DNA from: a virus
Taxonomy: Duplodnaviria > Heunggongvirae > Uroviricota > Caudoviricetes
DNA: 64,000 nt
Virus record (IMG/VR): IMGVR_UViG_3300031088_000799
Direction: 5' to 3' (one strand)
Of the stretch, positions 9,042-18,148 are shown piece after piece. Below the pieces are notes generated by a model. The model made no database searches. It was not told where the DNA came from and was given only the letters and a program-made list of their open reading frames with translations. A program made the translations under genes and the position numbers. The first letter of the stretch is position 1. Each line of letters starts with the position of its first letter.

Positions 9042-9821
9042 ATGATTCAAAAAATAAGTAAACTTTTAAACTGTATCAGCAATGGATCAATCCAAAAATC
9101 ATGGATAGAAGAATGCCAAAATAAAGATAATAAACAGATATACATTATTAATGAAAATGCGACATCTCTTGAATATAAACCAACAATACTAATTAATGGG
9201 AAGCGAATTGTTTTTAATATGCATATCAAACAAGGGTTAAATCATTTAAATAAAGAATGTTGCGATGCTCTTAATGATTTTAACAACTTATTCCAACGAT
9301 ATGTTAATATTTACAATGAAATTCAAAATATTCATTATGTAGAAGACGTTGGAATTTATATAAAAATTATCTATAATCTAAAAACTAATAAATATAATCT
9401 TCTGCTAAAACTTGATGAGTATATATTTTACACAAGACAAAATAGAGATAACAGTACAAACCCATTTTATAAAGCATTATGCACAGCCATGAGACTTGAC
9501 CCTAATACTATTTTATGTGGAGAACTTATAAACTTAACATACAACGAAAATATAATGCTATCGAAAGTTTATAATAAATTTATTACCATATTTAATGAAA
9601 AAAACATAATTTACACTTCTGACTCATCTAGATTACATGAAGTAAATAACATGTTTTCTCTTGAAGATGGTTATTATACAAATAACGAATTATTTAGTGC
9701 AATACAATCCTATTTGAATACAATTGAAATATATGATTATAATATACTTGACCCTAACTTTATTAATGACAACATTCAACTACAGGAAGCTCTCACACTA
9801 AGCCAAATGATCGACATTTAA
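9042..9821 (+). CDS. paralog of 8265-9029; C-terminal motif family
   Basis: ALCTAMRLDPNTILCGEL; shared NELF.AIQSYLN..NILDP; ends LTLSQMIDI. Confidence 0.75.
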   Translation: MIQKISKLLNCISNGSIQKSWIEECQNKDNKQIYIINENATSLEYKPTILINGKRIVFNMHIKQGLNHLNKECCDALNDFNNLFQRYVNIYNEIQNIHYVEDVGIYIKIIYNLKTNKYNLLLKLDEYIFYTRQNRDNSTNPFYKALCTAMRLDPNTILCGELINLTYNENIMLSKVYNKFITIFNEKNIIYTSDSSRLHEVNNMFSLEDGYYTNNELFSAIQSYLNTIEIYDYNILDPNFINDNIQLQEALTLSQMIDI

Positions 9822-9849
9822 AGAAAAACCTCATCACTGAGGTTTTCTT
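9821..9849. terminator. bidirectional terminator
   Basis: AAAACCTCA-TCAC-TGAGGTTTT between convergent genes. Confidence 0.75.
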
Positions 9850-9855
9850 ATCAAA

Positions 9856-11229
9856 TTAAATTTTTCTAAGTTCAAATACATCACCTTTATCCAAAATTTG
9901 CCAACCGTGTTCTTGAATTTGCTTACGATAAGCATCTGAAAGCGTATAATTTTTATCAACTTTCGCTTGTTGCCGTTTACGGGCTAGAGCTAATACTTCA
10001 TTGGATGGTTTATCTAACTCATTATTCCATTTTTCATAAACAGTCTGTAAAGTAGCCGATAATGGAATAACCGCTAATAGTTTAAAGATATTAAGAATAT
10101 CATTTGCAATGTTCACAGATTGAGATTTACGCAAGTGTTTTAACCCTTCATGAAGGATAATAATCACTTGTGGAGTATTAAAATCATCTTCCAACGCAAC
10201 CAAAGCCTGATTATAGTAGTCACTGTGAGAAAGATCTTCTGGTGTGTAATTAGGAATTTCCCTTACAAAGTTATCCCAATGTTGTTGAGCATCTTGCAAC
10301 TCATCTTCTTTAAATTCTTGTGACTGATTATATTGCCCTTTGTTCAGAAATAATTTTAAAGCTTCTCCTGAATAACGAGTTAACATATCTTTTACATAAA
10401 TAGAATTGCCTAATGATTTTGAGAGCTTTTTACCATCACTTGTCATCATACCATTATGTAGCCAATAATTAGCTGGATTTACTCCATTATGAGCAACACT
10501 TTGCAAGATTTCGTTTTCATGATGTGGGAAAATAAGATCACGGCCACCACCATGGATGTCAAAATGTTTACCTAATGTGTGATGGTGCATAACAGAACAT
10601 TCAATGTGCCAACCCGGACGGCCTTGTTTTTTAAAGACATTGCTATGATATCCATATTTATCATCTTGTTTCCACAGAGCAAAGTCAGCTTTATGTTTTT
10701 TATTGTACTCTTTATCATCGAGTCTGGAATTATCATCCAAATCTTGAACAATTTTCTTAGACAAAGGATATCGCTCTTGCTTATTTTTTTGCGTATCGAA
10801 ATAAACACCATCTTCAGTTACATAAGCAGTGCCATTATCAATCAAATTTTCGATATAATCTGAAATTTCAGGAAGATATTGCGTTACTCTTGGCTCAACG
10901 TCTGGCATAGGTATTTGCATTTGGTTTAAAACCGCATGAAACTTATCAATATAACTGTTAACCAAATCAAGGGGGTCTACATTCATTTTTTCAGCTTTCA
11001 GGATAATCTTGTCATCTACATCAGTAATATTTCTAACAAGTTTTACTTTTTGACCTTTTGCTAAAAAATAATTACGCATTACTTCAAAAGAAATAATACT
11101 TTTCAAGTGTCCAATATGAATGTCATCATAGAGCGTCACACCACAGACATAAATATTCACTTCACCAGTAGTATTTGGAATAAAGGTTTCTTTTTGCCCA
11201 GATAAAGTGTTCAGCATTTTTAAATTCAC
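9856..11229 (-). CDS. cysS: cysteine--tRNA ligase
   Basis: YVCGVT..HIGH, NITDVDDKII, DFALWK, GRPGWHIECS, DIHGGGRDLIFPHHENE, KLSKSLGN; GTG start after AGGAG. Confidence 0.97.
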   Translation of the reverse strand: MNLKMLNTLSGQKETFIPNTTGEVNIYVCGVTLYDDIHIGHLKSIISFEVMRNYFLAKGQKVKLVRNITDVDDKIILKAEKMNVDPLDLVNSYIDKFHAVLNQMQIPMPDVEPRVTQYLPEISDYIENLIDNGTAYVTEDGVYFDTQKNKQERYPLSKKIVQDLDDNSRLDDKEYNKKHKADFALWKQDDKYGYHSNVFKKQGRPGWHIECSVMHHHTLGKHFDIHGGGRDLIFPHHENEILQSVAHNGVNPANYWLHNGMMTSDGKKLSKSLGNSIYVKDMLTRYSGEALKLFLNKGQYNQSQEFKEDELQDAQQHWDNFVREIPNYTPEDLSHSDYYNQALVALEDDFNTPQVIIILHEGLKHLRKSQSVNIANDILNIFKLLAVIPLSATLQTVYEKWNNELDKPSNEVLALARKRQQAKVDKNYTLSDAYRKQIQEHGWQILDKGDVFELRKI

Positions 11230-11343
11230 AAGTCTATCTCCTATAATGTCATAAAATGATACCAAAAAAAATAAAATTATGCAATAGTATGTTAAAGCAA
11301 AAAACCAGCAGGATGCTGGTTTGCCATTATCATTAAAATGAAA

Positions 11344-11850
11344 TCACCTAGATTCAGAATGCTCTTCGCTTAAAACTAAAATAGCATTTACTATCATTAC
11401 ATAGAATAAGAAAAGTCCTAAGAATGCAGCATACTCTTTATTAGGTGAATCATATAAATTCAAATAAACCATATACAATACAGTATAAAGAGCAAATAGT
11501 GAGTTAATAATTAAGCCAATAGACATCCATTGGTTCTTTGAGTCTTCACATTTTTTGTCAATTTTAAAGAATACACATAAATCCCATAAAGAAAGTAAGA
11601 GAAATCCCCCCCAAATATATGAACCAGCTATTGAAAATACAGGACTTAAAAATTGAGCTGTCGCTATAAATCCAACCTTCACACCATGCCATACGAATAA
11701 AGTAGCACTTGAAATACCATCCCATATAGCCATGCCATAATTATATAATCCAAAAATAATGGCTACTGCAAATGCCAATGTTAACGCACATTTTAAAGCA
11801 TAGTTTTTAACATTGGGATCTCGTCTATAATTATTCGAATAGTTCAGCAT
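11344..11850 (-). CDS. multi-pass membrane protein
   Basis: About 4 hydrophobic segments; resembles 11866-12363 (F.SP....AG.YI.G....LSLW....YFKI). Confidence 0.75.
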   Translation of the reverse strand: MLNYSNNYRRDPNVKNYALKCALTLAFAVAIIFGLYNYGMAIWDGISSATLFVWHGVKVGFIATAQFLSPVFSIAGSYIWGGFLLLSLWDLCVFFKIDKKCEDSKNQWMSIGLIINSLFALYTVLYMVYLNLYDSPNKEYAAFLGLFLFYVMIVNAILVLSEEHSESR

Positions 11851-11865
11851 ATAGTCTCCTTGTAA

Positions 11866-12363
11866 TTATTTCAAATATTTTTTTAAAGATTTTGATTTAT
11901 TAAAGATAATAAAATTCCAAGCTATTGAAATAAATCCAATAATACCAAGAATAATATTCAAGCCAATAGAAGACATTTTATCATCATCTGATACACCATC
12001 TCCTTTTATAAATTGTAAATTTCCGATAAAATAAAAAATACAATAAAAAGTTAATAAGAGCGTTGTGATGTGTGCAATAGTTCTCCAAAAACGAAAGATT
12101 TTAACATCATTTTTTTGTTCAATAATTTTAAAATAAACAGTTGCACTCCATAACGACAAAAATACCATTAGGCCGAGAATATATTGGCCAGCCATTCTAA
12201 TCGCTGGTGATATAAAAGCTGAAATATTAGAGAAAACAATATAGATATTATGACCAATTTGATCACCAAAATCTTTCCAAACAAAAAATAATACAAACAA
12301 AGGAAATATTTGCAAAAAAGATTTTAATGCAGGACTATTAATTTTACTAAATTTTCGGATCAT
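11866..12363 (-). CDS. multi-pass membrane protein (paralog)
   Basis: About 4 hydrophobic segments; GGGAG SD. Confidence 0.75.
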   Translation of the reverse strand: MIRKFSKINSPALKSFLQIFPLFVLFFVWKDFGDQIGHNIYIVFSNISAFISPAIRMAGQYILGLMVFLSLWSATVYFKIIEQKNDVKIFRFWRTIAHITTLLLTFYCIFYFIGNLQFIKGDGVSDDDKMSSIGLNIILGIIGFISIAWNFIIFNKSKSLKKYLK

Positions 12364-12494
12364 GACAACTCCCATTAATTTCGGTAGAGTATATCTTAAT
12401 TTTACATTAATGACAATCTTTTTTTTTTAAAATAATGGATATTATCAAACGTAAATGATATAATGACAGGAATTTAAACGAGTAAGGGAATTAA

Positions 12495-12737
12495 TTGATG
12501 AAAAAAATATTGTGCCTTATCTTAACTCTATTTTCACTGAGTGTTAATGCAGCTTCAATGACGGGGACGATTGAAGTACGGTTAATTATACGTCCATCGC
12601 CATGTATTGCGACTGCCATTGGAAAAGATGTAACCATTGACTGTGGAAATATAAAAAATAAAGTAAATACTACCATTAACAAACAACCTATACCGAATAC
12701 TAAATTAGAAAACTATCTAATTACTGTGACCTATTAA
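12495..12737 (+). CDS. small secreted protein
   Basis: Signal peptide MMKKILC..SVNA, two Cys. Confidence 0.7.
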   Translation: MMKKILCLILTLFSLSVNAASMTGTIEVRLIIRPSPCIATAIGKDVTIDCGNIKNKVNTTINKQPIPNTKLENYLITVTY

Positions 12738-12753
12738 TCAATATCGAGTGATA

Positions 12754-12781
12754 TTGACATTTCTTTCTAATAATCTATGAT
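12754..12781 (+). promoter_or_regulatory. sigma70-type promoter followed by a ~165-nt leader
   Basis: TTGACA-16-TATGAT; leader begins with CGCAGA-GTTG-TCTGCG hairpin. Confidence 0.5.
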
Positions 12782-12951
12782 AAAAGTTAACGCAGAGTTG
12801 TCTGCGAGCTAAATAGACTAGATGGCGAAGCTTATATCAAGCAACAATGATTATCAGATCAAAATCAAACACAACAACTAATTTAATAACTTTAAATAAG
12901 TTGGCTTCTATTTGTCAAATTAAAATTAAACTATTTAAAGGAGCTTAAATT

Positions 12952-13887
12952 ATGTCAAAAATAGAAATTACGTCCAGTAATCTGGATAAGTTCGTCAAAC
13001 GATTCCACAAAGTCAGTGACGCTAAAAACAATGGTAAAAAACTATCAGAAAGTCAAGAAACCTTTGCTCAATCATTAGGTTGCAGTAATTACAATGAATT
13101 GAAAAAACTATTAGAAAGTGAAAAAGTAAAAGAAGATGTTAAGAAACATTCATCAATAGTCAATAGTGATTATAAAGGGTTTTTTATTGAAAATCTTAAT
13201 ATTATCACATTTAATGAATTTCTAAAAAAAGTGCGTGAACTTTCAAAAAACAGTGAGATGAATAAAGTTGAAATCTTTTACGCGAAATTAATAACATTAA
13301 TTCACCACCAATACAGTAAAATATCATCTTGTGTTTTTGAAAAAGATGGTTTTGAGTATAGCCTCACATTTAGAACATGCTATGGTGATAAATTTTGTTT
13401 TATTTTTGGAAACAATATTAGAGCAACACTTTCAACAGCCTTAAAATCAGCCGGATTTTCTGATGTCGATGCTAATTTACTTTCTGAAGTGTTGTCTGAT
13501 ACATCAGATAATCAATTTGATTTAAAAGATAGGTTTCAATCTATTGATTTTGCAAATGACCTTTACAACTACTTATGCAAAATACGTGGTGAAAAAAAAT
13601 TATATGTATTGAAATTTAACGAAGACGACATTATAAACAAAGATTATGTGTACAAACATGACTTATTGTATAAAAAAAATATTAATTATATCAAAACACC
13701 TGAAATAAAAGAAATTAATGATGCCTTATTAGATCATAAAGACAATGATTATGTTTATATTAAAAGTTGGTATATTTTAAATACATGGAGTAGTGGATCT
13801 GAACCTTTGAATTATTTAGAAAGCCTTTCTAATAATGACATTATTATAGAAAAAGCAGATATATATAAACTAAAATCAAAAATCTAA
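12952..13887 (+). CDS. hypothetical protein with N-terminal Glyoxalase_8-like helical domain
   Basis: KLSESQETFAQSLGCSNYNEL pattern; AAGGAG SD. Confidence 0.6.
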   Translation: MSKIEITSSNLDKFVKRFHKVSDAKNNGKKLSESQETFAQSLGCSNYNELKKLLESEKVKEDVKKHSSIVNSDYKGFFIENLNIITFNEFLKKVRELSKNSEMNKVEIFYAKLITLIHHQYSKISSCVFEKDGFEYSLTFRTCYGDKFCFIFGNNIRATLSTALKSAGFSDVDANLLSEVLSDTSDNQFDLKDRFQSIDFANDLYNYLCKIRGEKKLYVLKFNEDDIINKDYVYKHDLLYKKNINYIKTPEIKEINDALLDHKDNDYVYIKSWYILNTWSSGSEPLNYLESLSNNDIIIEKADIYKLKSKI

Positions 13888-13893
13888 TAAAAT

Positions 13894-13917
13894 AAAAAGC
13901 CACTCATGTGGCTTTTT
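13894..13917. terminator. bidirectional terminator
   Basis: AAAAAGCCAC-TCAT-GTGGCTTTTT between convergent genes. Confidence 0.8.
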
Positions 13918-14576
13918 TAATATAACTTCATTAAAGTTAGCTTTCCTAAATCTTCAAAATTGGTCACTTCGTTTTGAATATCATAAGCATCTATAACTTT
14001 CTTATAAAGCACTTGATAATCACCTGTCATCTTAATAGTATAATTAGAATACTCAAACTCAAATAAGTTCTCAAATTGTAAATAAGAAACAGTGTTCAAC
14101 ATCCATAGTTTACTACAAGATTGATTAGTATGATAACTAATAACAAAATCATGGTTATCAATATCTTTGATAGGTGACTCATTAACTCGCAATACTAGTG
14201 ATGCACTTAATAAATCTAATAACGAACCAAAATATCGTTTTCCCGTCCAGTCATCATCGTGCTGAGCGATAAAGGCTCTAAATATATCACAATCTGCCTT
14301 AAACGATGATTGAAATTTATAAAACAAAGGACAGTCTTCAAAAGAAATTACTTTATCTTCTTTTGGTTTGCTTGATTGAAAGACATCTAGAAATTTAATA
14401 TTTGCATTAAACGTATCTAAATTAATTTCAATAAGTATAAGCCCAATGCTGGAATTTACATAATAACTTCCTATATTAAGTTTACGGTTAAATTTTTCGA
14501 TAGTTCCATTAAGTTTAACGCCATATTGATTAATAATAGACGTAATATGTATTAAGAAATCACTCACTCTGCTCAT
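13917..14576 (-). CDS. hypothetical protein, C-terminal motif family
   Basis: Ends GKLTLMKLY. Confidence 0.8.
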   Translation of the reverse strand: MSRVSDFLIHITSIINQYGVKLNGTIEKFNRKLNIGSYYVNSSIGLILIEINLDTFNANIKFLDVFQSSKPKEDKVISFEDCPLFYKFQSSFKADCDIFRAFIAQHDDDWTGKRYFGSLLDLLSASLVLRVNESPIKDIDNHDFVISYHTNQSCSKLWMLNTVSYLQFENLFEFEYSNYTIKMTGDYQVLYKKVIDAYDIQNEVTNFEDLGKLTLMKLY

Positions 14577-14577
14577 T

Positions 14578-15459
14578 TTAATATCCTACCATGTCAAATA
14601 TTTGCTTATATTGGCTATTAGGCAACACATCCTGATCATAATCAGGATAAATACCTTTAATCAATTCCAAGGAAAAATCACCTACAAATTCTTGAATCTC
14701 TTGATAAGGTTTAAAGTCTTTAATATTAAAATTAAAGTGTTCATAGCCATTAGTATTTACATGAAAAAGATCCACATTATTTTTACCAAATGTTCTACTA
14801 AGTTTATAGTATTTTTTTTCAAAACTCTCAATCAACACAATAGAAATATGGCTAGTTGAAGAGACATTTACAGTATAATGTAATAATTTATATTCATTGC
14901 CATTCTTATCAAAGACCATACCATAATTAGAAAAAATAGGAGGTCTTTTACGATAAGATATCAATGTGTCTGGCTGTACATCTCGCAAATTTGGATTGTA
15001 ATGTTCTTTTAATAAACTCATCAATGATTTTTTTGTATTATTAAAAGATGACACGATATCTTTGGAATTTGTATTTAATGTAAATTGTTGCCAGCCTTTT
15101 GTATAAGTCTCTTCTGGCTCAAAAGGATTCAGCACATAACAATAAATAAAATAAGTCATCTGAGATAAACTCATGAAATCTTCATAGAAAATATCATAGT
15201 TATCTTTTTTAATGGCTTCTAACATTTTAGAACAATTGACAATGGCATAAGTGTTATCAGCAGAATGATTGCCAATATCACTATCACCATACATAAGAAC
15301 ACCTTTCTCAAACTTCATTGTTTTGATACTGGAAAATGCTGGTAATTCATGGACAAGCTTGTTCAACAACCAATATTGATCATTGTTTAACATCGTCATT
15401 TTAAAAACGATGGTTGAATATAGTTTTTTGAAAAAGCTGGCACTCATATACATCTCCAT
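14578..15459 (-). CDS. hypothetical protein, paralog of 15521-16381; C-terminal motif family
   Basis: Shared YGDS.IG, DFM.LSQM.YF, EY.LLHYT; ends KQIFDMVGY. Confidence 0.8.
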   Translation of the reverse strand: MEMYMSASFFKKLYSTIVFKMTMLNNDQYWLLNKLVHELPAFSSIKTMKFEKGVLMYGDSDIGNHSADNTYAIVNCSKMLEAIKKDNYDIFYEDFMSLSQMTYFIYCYVLNPFEPEETYTKGWQQFTLNTNSKDIVSSFNNTKKSLMSLLKEHYNPNLRDVQPDTLISYRKRPPIFSNYGMVFDKNGNEYKLLHYTVNVSSTSHISIVLIESFEKKYYKLSRTFGKNNVDLFHVNTNGYEHFNFNIKDFKPYQEIQEFVGDFSLELIKGIYPDYDQDVLPNSQYKQIFDMVGY

Positions 15460-15520
15460 AAATTTATTGCATTATACAGTATTTTAATAATTTTAACAAT
15501 ATAAAAATACATTAAGACTA

Positions 15521-16381
15521 TCAATAATGCAGCATATCAAAAATCATCTTATTTTTTGCTGTGGGATGAAATTCTTCATTATAAGTAGGGTCAATTGATT
15601 TAACTAAGAGCATAGAGAACTTACCAATGAAATCAGAAGCAGTTGAATATTCAGAATATTCACGGCTATCAAATTTAAAATACTTGTGAGAACTCGCCTT
15701 ATCCATAAGATCAATGTTAGGAGCCATCAGCTTGGTTAATTTATAAAATTTTCGACCATCTTGCTCCAGTAAAACTAATGAAATATGGTCCTTATCTCTA
15801 GGCAGTTTAATAGTGTAATGAAGTAAATTATATTCTCCACCAGCTTTTTCAAAAACCACACCAAATTTACTCAAAATAGGAGGTGTCGTTCTAAAATTTT
15901 CTAATGTCGGAGCAAATTCTGGCGTAATTTTTCCATTATTGAGTGATTGTAGCAAATCTTGAGTAGTCTTACTTGTCTTACCAAAAGAAGTAATTTTATC
16001 ATGATTTAAAAATTTATAAAAAACATTCCACCGATCTTTAAAATGATTTTCGGCATCATCAGGAACGAATAGATAGCAAAAAACAAAATAAACCATTTGA
16101 GATAATGCCATAAAATCATCATGAAAAAACGTTGGATTATTTTTATCAAGACTGATTAACATCCGATCATCAGTAATAATAGAAAATTGATTATCAAGGC
16201 TTGTTTTACCAATAAAAGAATCACCATAAAACATAGAATCTTTACTAAATTTTAAACGTCTAAATTTAGCCGCAGGGAGTTGATGAGCCAACCGCTTACC
16301 TAGCCAGTATTTATCACTTATATCTTTAGATAAGAAAGTAACTAATTTAGAATAAATACTATTACTGAAATTTAAAATCAT
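15521..16381 (-). CDS. hypothetical protein, paralog of 14578-15459; C-terminal motif family
   Basis: Start refined to MILNF after GGAG; ends KMIFDMLHY. Confidence 0.8.
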   Translation of the reverse strand: MILNFSNSIYSKLVTFLSKDISDKYWLGKRLAHQLPAAKFRRLKFSKDSMFYGDSFIGKTSLDNQFSIITDDRMLISLDKNNPTFFHDDFMALSQMVYFVFCYLFVPDDAENHFKDRWNVFYKFLNHDKITSFGKTSKTTQDLLQSLNNGKITPEFAPTLENFRTTPPILSKFGVVFEKAGGEYNLLHYTIKLPRDKDHISLVLLEQDGRKFYKLTKLMAPNIDLMDKASSHKYFKFDSREYSEYSTASDFIGKFSMLLVKSIDPTYNEEFHPTAKNKMIFDMLHY

Positions 16382-16452
16382 AAAGACTCCGTTTGAGAGA
16401 ATGGCTATTATACAACAATTAAATAATTTAGACAATAAAAAAAGCAATGGAC

Positions 16453-17037
16453 TCACATCCACTGCTTTCTCTTTTTACTGTTTTTCCAACTGTTTGCTTT
16501 ACTTTTAATACGATGACCTTCAAAGTAATAATCACATTTGATTGCGTTGATTCGACCTTTTCTAAGTTTTACATAACCATCCATTGCATCAAAAACATTT
16601 TGAATACGCTCTTGACGAACACCAGCAGAGTATTTAACCGCCATTGGTCTTCTTGTTTGTTTAGCCCAAGAATTATAAACTCGCTCAGGTTTCTTACTTT
16701 TTAACAAATCTCTTGATTGTTTATACTCATAAGCTAACTCATAAATATCAACAGCCGCACCACCAAATGTTTCTATTCTGTAATTACCACTACGGCAAGT
16801 TTCTTCAGTTCTATAATGTGCATAAAACTTATAATGATCTTCATCATCATAATACCCACCTACTTGTATCTTTTTTTCTGAGTGAATAATATTGCCTTCA
16901 CCAATTTCAAAAGTATTACAGAAATGATGCAAGAAACCTCTTAATCCAAAGTCATCAATTACAGCAAATAAACTTTTCTTTGATTCCTCATAGTAAATTC
17001 GACCATCGAAACCAAAAATCTTATAAGTGTAAAACAT
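16453..17037 (-). CDS. hypothetical protein with basic SWK..RKxQW tail
   Basis: Ends NSWKNSKKRKQWM; similar tail in 31449-32060; GGAGG SD. Confidence 0.8.
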   Translation of the reverse strand: MFYTYKIFGFDGRIYYEESKKSLFAVIDDFGLRGFLHHFCNTFEIGEGNIIHSEKKIQVGGYYDDEDHYKFYAHYRTEETCRSGNYRIETFGGAAVDIYELAYEYKQSRDLLKSKKPERVYNSWAKQTRRPMAVKYSAGVRQERIQNVFDAMDGYVKLRKGRINAIKCDYYFEGHRIKSKANSWKNSKKRKQWM

Positions 17038-17052
17038 AGGTAACCTCCAATA

Positions 17053-17106
17053 TTAGTTAAAACATCGGAAATTACCTCCAAAAAACTTAGCAAATAAATA
17101 AATCAT
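17053..17106 (-). CDS. putative Phe-rich leader peptide MIYLFAKFFGGNFRCFN
   Basis: AAGGAG SD, 17 codons, 5 Phe, directly upstream of 16453-17037. Confidence 0.4.
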   Translation of the reverse strand: MIYLFAKFFGGNFRCFN

Positions 17107-17336
17107 TTTATAGCTCCTTTAAAAAATTTATTCTTAATTTTTTTCTTAATATAAATGTATATAAATAGAGTAAGAAAATAAATAATGCAGCCAGCAGTCG
17201 CACTAATACCAAACAAAATGTAGTCATTTTGAATGTTTTCAGACTTCAAATAAGCATCCACCAGTAAAAGAATTCTAATTTCAATAAACATGATAAATAA
17301 CAAGAACAAACCAATTTTCAAAGTTTTCCAATCCAT
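17103..17336 (-). CDS. small 2-TM membrane protein
   Basis: Two hydrophobic helices, AGGAG SD. Confidence 0.65.
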   Translation of the reverse strand: MDWKTLKIGLFLLFIMFIEIRILLLVDAYLKSENIQNDYILFGISATAGCIIYFLTLFIYIYIKKKIKNKFFKGAIK

Positions 17337-17347
17337 ATTACAACTCC

Positions 17348-18136
17348 TTAGATTTCCACACTATAATAATCGTCCATTTTAAAACGATGGCTGACAAAAC
17401 TACCAATAGTGGATGGCTCTCTTACTGTTAACAATTTTTCTACTCGTTCATTCATAGGACTGCTATACATAATTGTATCGGTTACTTTAATTTTAGACAT
17501 ATCTGCCACATGAAATTCATCAACATTAATGTATGATTTTTTGTCTACAATATGATAAATATCAAATATATCATCATCAATTACAATATCTTTTTTATGC
17601 TTATTTGTCAAGAAAAAATAATTAGAAATATCTAAATTGCTTTCCATAAATTCATTTAGCGTCCATTCAAAGAAATAAAGGTCTACTGCTTTGATAGGCA
17701 GTAAATTAAATAAACCACTCACTCGTTTAATCAATCCATTATCTTTTTTATGACTCATGTTAACAAAATACATCTTTTGAGACTTTGCATAAAAAGTAAA
17801 GAAATATTTCAACAACATTTTTTCTAAAATATGCTGACCTCTGAATGATTTATTGATTTTAAAATCACACAGATACCAAACTTTTTCACCATGCAGTAAA
17901 CGAAGGATAGCACAGCCAGCTCCAATAACTTTATTATCAACTTCAACAACCATATAATGAACTTTACCTAGTTGTTCAAAAAATGAAAAATAATCATATG
18001 CACTTTGGTATCCATGCCTAATGTAAAATGATTTAGTGCCCAGCGGATAAGTGAATTCATTTTCAAAATTTTTCAATTGTTCACTGTATGAACATCTTAC
18101 TTTCCAATCATCAAGATCCAAAGTTTTAATTTTCAT
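17348..18136 (-). CDS. GNAT-family N-acyltransferase
   Basis: VIGAGCAILR..WYLCDFKINKSFRGQHI acyl-CoA-binding motif A. Confidence 0.75.
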   Translation of the reverse strand: MKIKTLDLDDWKVRCSYSEQLKNFENEFTYPLGTKSFYIRHGYQSAYDYFSFFEQLGKVHYMVVEVDNKVIGAGCAILRLLHGEKVWYLCDFKINKSFRGQHILEKMLLKYFFTFYAKSQKMYFVNMSHKKDNGLIKRVSGLFNLLPIKAVDLYFFEWTLNEFMESNLDISNYFFLTNKHKKDIVIDDDIFDIYHIVDKKSYINVDEFHVADMSKIKVTDTIMYSSPMNERVEKLLTVREPSTIGSFVSHRFKMDDYYSVEI

Positions 18137-18148
18137 TTTTTACTCCGA

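Noticed and set aside
8265-9821. Calling these genes pilT/dotB ATPases
   Set aside because: Only the Walker-B segment matches; there is no Walker A, Asp box or His box.
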